A stretch of DNA of 64,000 bases from the human T2T-CHM13v2.0 reference genome, Homo sapiens. Within the stretch, counting starts at the first letter, position 1. Each line of letters begins with the position of its first letter. Shown one piece after another: positions 56,360 through 64,000 of the stretch. Where the stretch lies: assembly GCF_009914755.1 (NCBI RefSeq), contig NC_060937.1, one strand, 5' to 3'. The notes below the pieces were generated by a model. The model was given only the letters and a program-made list of their open reading frames with translations. It had not been told where the DNA came from and did no database searches. The position numbers were made by a program, and so were the translations under genes.

Positions 56360-56949
56360 ATCAAGCTGACACTCAGTATTAACCATCACAAGTCCATCCT
56401 TTGTCAACTTGAACCCATACACATCTCCTGAGATCATACATAATCTTCAAATAAAGACAATAATAAGGTAGTAGTTACATCTAACATAATACAACTATCC
56501 TTTGTACAACCGGAAACACATTAATCCCCAACCCAAATACTATTACATAAAGTTAACAATACGTAAATGCTGATGTGAAGTAAATAAATCTTATGTCACA
56601 TGATAAAGGAAAAAGGAAATAAAATGAAGATATTTTCTTACTGCAAGTGTATACATGCACAAACATGTTTTTAACAAAAGAAAGAGGAAATACTCATGAC
56701 AATTACTGTACTTATTTCTGCAGCTAGTCACATTGCCATAGATGGTAAGGATGACTACCTTCTACATATTCTGTATTCCCTTTGCCTTCAGCAAGCACCT
56801 CAGCAGGTCGTGGTTTTTTCCCTGGTGGAGTGATCCAAATCTTCATTACTGAAGGGTCTGGGCCATTTGTAGTCCGGCCTGGATTAGGCTGTTGCAGTTT
56901 CCCCTTGAACTTAATCACAGGGCTTGTTAATACTAAGAGATGACCTAAT

Positions 56950-57200
56950 GGATCTCCTATATCCATACTCTTCCTTACCTCCATTGTGGAGTAATAGACT
57001 GATTTCATCTTGATAGTCTGGGTCAATCAGCCTTGTCCACACTATAACTCTCTCCTTAGCCTATTGACTAAAAATAGGAGCAGCACAAAGTGTCCAGGTG
57101 GCAATCTTAACACCAGTCTAATGGAATCATTATTGTGTCTCCTGGTGGCAGCGTTTCTCCCTCTGGAACTAAGACCTCTAGGCCAGCAGAACATAACGTC
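56950..57200 (-). pseudogene. HERV-L dUTPase remnant
   Basis: LRLPPGHF and LIDPDYQDEI motifs (latter at ~57001-57031) downstream of integrase. Confidence 0.75.
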
Positions 57201-60200
57201 GTGGTAACAGGGGGCAAAAATTTTGTTATTGTATCACTAGGGGTGATTATGAGTGGTGCCCTTCCACCCCTTCATTCCTGGACCCGTGAATCCTGGCTAT
57301 GGGAGAAACAGTACCATGTATGGGACAGTGATTCAGAGCATACATGGCCTTCTGGAGAACTTTGCCCCAGGCCTGCAAAGTATCGTCACCTAGTTGCCAT
57401 TGTAATTGTGACTTCAAAAGGCTATTACACCATTCTATCATTCCAGCTGCTTTAGGATGATGGGGAACATGGTAAGACCAGTGAATTCCATGAGCATAAG
57501 CCCACTGCCACAATTTTTTAGCTGTAAAGTGAGTGCCTTGGTTAGAGGCAATGCTGTGTGGAGTACCGCAATGGTGGATAAGGCATTCTGTGAGTCCATG
57601 AATGGCAGTATTGGCAGAAGCATTGCATTCAGGATAGGCAAACCCATATACAGAGAAAGTGTCTATTCCAGTGAGGACAAATCTCTGTCCTTTCCATGAT
57701 GGAAGAGATCCAATATAATCGACCTGCTAGCTGGCTACCCACCCTGAGGAATGGTGCCACATCAAGGGCTCAGTGTTGGTCTCTGCTGCTGTCAAATTGG
57801 GCACTCAGCAGTGGCCATAGCCAGGTCAGCCTTGGTAAGTGCAAGTCCATGTTGCTGAGTTCATGCAAAACCTCCATCACTGCCACCATGGCCACTTTGT
57901 TCATGGGCCCATCGGGTGATGACAGGGGTGGCTTGGGAAAGAGGCTGAGTGGTGTCCACAGAACAGGTCATCCTATCCACTTGATTAGTAAACTCCTCTG
58001 CTGAGGTCACCCATTGATGAGCATTTACATGGAATACAAATATCTTCACAGTTTTTGACCACTCAGAAAGGTCCATCCACTTATCTTTTCCCCAAATTTC
58101 TTTGTCACCAATTTTCCAATCCTGCATTTTCCAAGTCCTTGACCATCCAGCTAAACCATTGGCTACAGCCCATGAATCAGTATATAATCGCACATCTCTC
58201 CGTTTCTCCTTCCATGAAAAGTATACAACCTGAAGTTCTTCCTATGGGGAAGATGTCCCTTCAGCGCTGTCCTTCAGGCATGTCCTAGAAAGGGGCTGCA
58301 GTGCTGCAGCTGTCCACTTTTGGGTGGTACCTACATAACGTGCAGAACCGTATGTGAACCAGGCCCAAGTCTTCTCTTCCTCTGTCATCTGTTAATAGGG
58401 AACTCTCCATAAAGCCATGAATGCTGGCTGGGGGAGAGAAGGAGGATGGCAGGAATAGAGACCATGGGCATTTGACCACTTCCTCATGTAACTTACCTGT
58501 ACCTTCAGGACCTGCTCAAGGCTGATCATGTATACATCACTTCCATTTGATGATAGAATGCCGCTGTGCACAACCCACTTTATGGCTGGATAGGTCAGAA
58601 AGCACCCAGTTCATGATAGGCAGTTAGGTTACATGGTGACTTGTTGACCCATAGTCAAACGTTCAGTTTACACCAAAGCCTAGTAACATGCCAAGAGCTG
58701 TCTTTCAAAAGGAGAGTACTTATCTGCAGGAGATGGCAGGGCTTTGCTACAAAATCCTGGAGGCCTTTGCTCTAATTTACCTGTAGGCGCCTGCCAAAGG
58801 CTCCAAACAGCATCCCTATCTGCCATTGACACCTCAAGCACCATTGGATCTGCTGTATCATATGGCCCAAGTGGCAAAGCAGCTTGCACAGCAGCCTAAG
58901 TCTGTTACAGAACCTTCTCCTGTTCTGGACCCCACTCAAAACTGGCAGCCTTTTGGGTCACTTGATAAATGGGCTGGAGTAACACGCCCAAATGAGGAAT
59001 GTGTTGCTTCCAAAATCTAAATAAGCCCAGTAGGCATTGTGCCTCTTTCTTGGTTGTAGTAGGGGCCAAATGCAGCAACTTATCCTTTACCTTAGAATAA
59101 ATATCTTGACAGATCCCGCACCACTGGACCATTGGAAATTTTACTGAGGTAGAAGTTCCCTGAATTTTAGTCTGATTTCTTTCCCATCCTGTGGCATGCA
59201 TATATCACACCAATAAGTCCAATGTATTTCCTAGTTCTTGCTCACTGCATCCAGTCAGCATAATGTCATCAATGTATTGGACCATTACATTGGTCAATTA
59301 CCTTGGTGTGATAATCTTGGGGAAGTGAAAAGTGATCAAGCTCTCTCTTACTAAGCTTATGACACAAAGTCAGAGAGTTGATGTACCCCTGAGGTAGGAC
59401 AGTAACGGTATACTTCTGACCTTTCCAGCTGAACACAAATTACTTCTGGTGGGCCTTGTGGACAGAAATGGAGAAAAAGGCATTTGCCTAGTCAATACCA
59501 GATACCAGGAGATTTGTTGATTTGCTCAAACAATAAAACTATCTGGTACAGCAGATACAATTGGAGTCACCACTTGGTTAAGCTTACAATAATCTGCTGT
59601 TATTCTCCAAGATCCATCTGTCTTCAGCACAAGCCAAATGGGGTAGTTGAATGGGGATATGGTGGGAATCACCACCCCTTCATCTTTCAAGACCTTGGTG
59701 GTGGCACTAATCTCTGCAATCCCTCCAGGGATGTGGTATTGTTTTTGATTTACTTTTGATTTTCTATGTAGAGGCAGATGTAATGGCTTCTATTTGACCT
59801 TTCCCCCAATAATAGCCCTTACCCTACCAGTTAGGGAGCCAATGTGGGGGTTCTGCTAGCTGCTAAGTATGTCTCTGCCAATTATGCATTTTGGCCCTGG
59901 GGAAATGACCATAGAATGAGTACAGCGACCCACTGGACCCACTGTAAGTCAGACCTGAGCTAAAATTCCATTAATTACCTGACCTCCATAAGCCCCTACT
60001 TCAACTGGAGGACCACAATGACGTTTTGTGTCCCCTGGAATCAATGTCAGCTCAGATCCAGTGTCCAGTAGTCCCTGAAACGTCTGATCATTTCCCTTTC
60101 CCCAGTGCACAGTTACTCTGATAAAAGGCTGGAGGTTTCCTTGGGGAAGGATAGGTGAAAGATTCACTGCATAAATTATCAGTAGAGTAGTGGGGTCCTT

Positions 60201-60210
60201 CTTCAAGGTG
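57200..60210 (-). pseudogene. pol: HERV-L pro-pol remnant (stops and frameshifts)
   Basis: Protease LLDTGSELT (ORF 59949-60206), RT YIDD at 59265-59276, RNase H LYTDSWAVANG, integrase WSYHVPHHPKAAGMIE. Confidence 0.9.
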
Positions 60211-61802
60211 AGCCGGCTTCCCCTTCACTTAAGGGGTTCTGGGTTTGTAAAATGGCTCAAGTCTGGAAATTTATTGACTGGCCATGTTTTTTTTTAATAA
60301 TTCAAATTAGTCTTTTGTCCATTTGACCTAGAAGTTTTCTGCTTATATAAATTAAATAGGAATGCAGTAGGCTTCCTATCAATTTCACTTCTAGAAACAC
60401 TTTGATTAATTAGGTAATGCCAGAGTGCTATACGACTCAGACTATTCTGATTGCCATTTGCCTCTGCTGTCTATTACTGTAGCTACGGCCACCTTGCTTT
60501 TGATGGTTGAGTGATGCCACTTGGCCCCTGCCACCTCAGGATCCAATTATTCCCATTGTATTTAAATTTTGTAGTTGAGTGACTGTGGTTTCCACTGTTA
60601 GATCTGACATACAGAAAAGAGCAATTACAGGGTCCTTCAAAAATGCAGATGCTACCCTTATAAATCTATTTTGCAAGGCATTGATCAAGGGTATATCCTC
60701 TGGACCCTTTCAGCTGGGACTAGTAGGTCTTAAGTGACTAATTCACTCCAGCATCCCAATTTCCCTAAGCCCTTAGATCCCTTCCTCTACATTAAACCAA
60801 GGGAGATCAGGCATTTCCAACTCATTCACAGTGGGCTGTCTTTTCATCCTTATTTCAGCTAACCAAGCAAATAAACTGTCAGACTCTTTTTTAAATCCCT
60901 GAGCTGCAAGATTAAATGCAGAGTCTCTACCTAGTGCACCCAAATCAATAAATTCCTAACCCAACTTTATGTTCCTTCCACAATTATCCCACACCCTTAA
61001 TATTCATTCCCATGCCTATTCTCCAGATTTCTGCTTATATAAATTAGAAAACTCAAGCAGTTATTTTTGAGTGTTGCACATCTTCTCTTGGGTCATACTC
61101 TCAACCTCACCTCTAGGAGCCCGCCAGGATTTTAATCTAGTTATAGGTCTAGAAGCAAACAGGGGTTTTGGGGGTGGCTCCTGAGGAGAATTAACATCAT
61201 CTTGCCTGGCAACTGCCTCAGGTGAGGGTGTTACTGTTGCCTTAGTGCAGGGTTTATCTCTTCAGACAAAGGTAGAAAGGCTGATGGCAGCATGGGTCAG
61301 GGAGGGAATGTTCCCATTACTGGGGATGGGGAAGCTGTTTCTTCTGGTGAAAAATGTTCATCAGAGTTTTCAAACTCAGTGTCCCCGGCTTCATCAGGGT
61401 CCTCCCACACATCCCTATTCCAAATTGCAGGGTCCCATTCTTTTCCAATCAATATCCTCACTTTAACAGTAGACACCTGACATGGCTGTGGATGCACCTT
61501 TCATTGTAAGTCAGCCACTCATATGATAAGAGCTTGTGTCTGTTTTTCCACAATTTCAGCTCTTTCTCTACAAGCGATAAGACTCTCACTCAGGGCAATC
61601 TTAGCAGATCTGAGGCTCCGTGTCTGCTTTCGAAGCTGGGAGTTAGAATCTCTGAGTTTATTATTTCTTTCATCACTTTGTCCACTGAACTTAGGAGCAA
61701 CTAACCAGCTTCATTATGTTCCTTGGTTCTTCACATATTGTCAAGGTATTATGTATAGATGCACTAAACTCCTTGCCTTTTATAAGCAGTGAATCAGGAG
61801 TA
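60210..61802 (-). pseudogene. gag: HERV-L gag remnant
   Basis: QVSTVKVRILIGKEWDPAIWNRDVWEDPDEAG is typical of ERV-L gag; disrupted. Confidence 0.8.
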
Positions 61803-62199
61803 AACAGGGGAGTTTATTAAGTATTAACTCATACAATCACAAGGTCCCACAATAGGCTGTCTGCAAGCTGAGGTGCAAGTAGAGCCAGTCCGAGTCCCAG
61901 AACTGAAAAACTTGGAGTCCAATGTTCAAGGCAGGAAGCACCCAGTACAGGAGAAAGAGGTAGGCTGGGAGGCTAGGTCAGTTTAATCCTTTCATGTTTT
62001 TCTGCCTGCTTTATATTCTAGCCTTGCTGGCAACTGATTAGATGGTGCCCACCAAGATTTAGGGTGGGTCTGCCTTTCCCTACAAATTAACTGACTCAAA
62101 TGTTAATCTCGTTTGGCAACACCCTCACGGACACACCCAGGATCGATACTTTGCATCGTTCAATCCAATCAAGTTGACACTCAGTATTAACCATCACAC

Positions 62200-63830
62200 C
62201 ACATCAGTTACAGCATTTCTTCTCTTAAAAGTGTATAAAGTTTGTTTCTGTTCCATATTATCACAAACACTGGTGTTACCAATTTTCATTTTTGTCATTA
62301 ATAATCTGTATTAAGTTTGATATTAGATACCATTTAAAATTGTGCCTATGTATTTTCTCTTTTAAAATGCCAATATTTTGCTGATAATTTCTTTTGATTA
62401 GTTTGTTTTCTTTCTTATTAATTTGTAGAGTTAGTTTATATACACTGAATTTTTTTTCATTTGTTGATTTTAAGAGTGGAAAATATTTTTTCTAATTGTG
62501 TTTAATAATTTTGATAAGCAAAAATTCTCAATTTTTATAAAGTCAAAAGCAATCATTTTCTTAATAATTTTTATATTTTGTTTTAATATATACATATTTT
62601 TACTCTAAGTTTATGAAGATAGTAATCATTCCTATTCTCTAAAGCTTGATAGGTTGTCTTTTAAATCTCAGCATTTATTCTCTTTGGAATTAAATACGGT
62701 ATATTGTAGAAAGAAAGATCCCAACTTTCTTGTTTATTTACTACCCAAATATCCTAGTATTGTGCATGAGAATGTCTGTTCTTTCCTTGTTAATTTGCAA
62801 ACCTCATTTACATATTGTCCCTAGAAGTATGTAGTCTTGTTTCTGAGTTCTTTATTTGATTCCTTCAGTTTCTTTCTCTACTCTGGCAGTACCTAGGAGT
62901 CCTAAACACTAAAGCTTCATAGGTCCTGACATGTGGTGGAGAAAATCCTTTAAAAGTTTTCTTCAAGAGTATTGTGCCTAATCTTAGTCTTTCCAATTTC
63001 CAAATATACTTATAACCAGCTTATGTTCCATTTTAAAAAATATTATTATTATTTTAAAATTTGTTTGAACACATGGAATCATTTGGGGAAGAAACTACAT
63101 CTTTATACTATGAAGTATTTCAATCTGTAAACATACTCAACACTTTTCTAATAAAAATCCATCTATGTTATAACTTTCTTCTTCATGTCTTACATGCTTT
63201 TGTTAGATTTATCACCTGGTACTTAATAATTTAAATTGCTTTTAAAAGTATATTGTTTATTTTTTTCTTTTTCTTTTTCTTTTTTTTTTTTGAGATGGAG
63301 TCTCACTCTGTCACTCAGCTGGAGCGCAGTGGCAAAATCTTGGCTCACGGCAACGTCCGTCTCCCAGGTTCAAGCAATTCTCCTGCCTCACCTCTCAAGT
63401 AGCTGGGATTACAGGTGTGAACCACTATGTCCAGCTAATTGTTATATTTTTAGTAGAGATGGGGTTTTACCATGTTGCCCAAGTTGATCTCGAACTCCTG
63501 ACTTCAAATGATCTGCCTGCTTCGGCTTCCCAAATTGCTGGGAATACATTCAATATATTGTTTAAAAATAAATTTTACTTTCTACTTTTTAGAATTAGAA
63601 AGTGACAGTTGTTTGTAGATAAAAATATAACATTTTTTACGTTGTCTTTGTATCCTCCAGCTATTTGCCACACTTCTTAATTCTTGTATGTTTTCTAGCT
63701 CCCATTCTGTGTGTGTGTTATCTGTTCACTCTACTGATTGTTTCCTTTGCTGTGCATATATTTTTAGCTTGATGTGATCCCATTTGTCTATTTTTGCTTT
63801 GGTTGCAGGCCATCTGCTATTTATTGCTGT
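62200..63830 (-). mobile_element. Degraded antisense L1 fragments
   Basis: T-rich L1 ORF2-like text (tgcttttgttagatttatcacct, tttagcttgatgtgatcccatttgtcta). Confidence 0.6.
63261..63548 (-). mobile_element. Alu (old S/J), 5' end slightly truncated
   Basis: Poly-T followed by both antisense monomers. Confidence 0.9.
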
Positions 63831-64000
63831 TAAATTTCTTTTTCAGAGAGGGCTTTTATTTTCCCATGTCAAATGTATGAGGTACCATTTTAAACTAAAT
63901 AAACTGAAGAGTCTTTGACAGACTGGTGATAAATATATCACAAATATATTAAATATGCAGCTTAATATTGTATCCTTCATTGAATGTATCAGTGAAATAT

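Larger units (their letters stand above)
56358..62198 (-). mobile_element. HERV-L provirus with MLT2A1-type LTRs (both LTRs damaged)
   Basis: 5' LTR 61803-62198 (starts TGTGATGGTTAATACTGAGTGTC); 33-bp 3' LTR remnant 56358-56390; PPT-like AGGATGGACT; order gag-pro-RT-RNaseH-IN-dUTPase; no env. Confidence 0.93.

Noticed and set aside
48489-61802. Functional retroviral proteins (env, RT, dUTPase)
   Set aside because: All frames are broken by stops, frameshifts or deletions; no long env ORF.

Overview
Primate (hominoid, most likely human) genomic DNA: AT-rich, CpG-depleted and dominated by repeats, with no recognisable host protein-coding exon, RNA gene or CpG island. Nearly all ORFs in the track are spurious or transposon remnants. 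The main structure is an endogenous-retrovirus cluster at ~46-62 kb. (1) A two-LTR HERV-H provirus (LTR7, minus strand, 48038-53909) with ATTTT target-site duplication (TSD), His primer-binding site (PBS), polypurine tract (PPT) and intact major splice donor, inserted into an old L1 5' region. (2) A truncated MER41B LTR. (3) A HERV-L/MLT2A1 provirus (minus strand, 56358-62198) with both LTRs damaged by deletions. The window also holds a complete MSTA MaLR element (19737-22083, GGTAT TSD), THE1 solo LTRs, an L1PA 3' end, older L1s, Alus, DNA-transposon relics (Tigger1, MER53, MER58, MER5A, Charlie) and a ~410-bp pyrimidine microsatellite. Family and subfamily names come from recalled consensus sequences and need RepeatMasker/Dfam confirmation. 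I found no novel protein-coding system; the most interesting signals are regulatory and structural ones in the ERV cluster.
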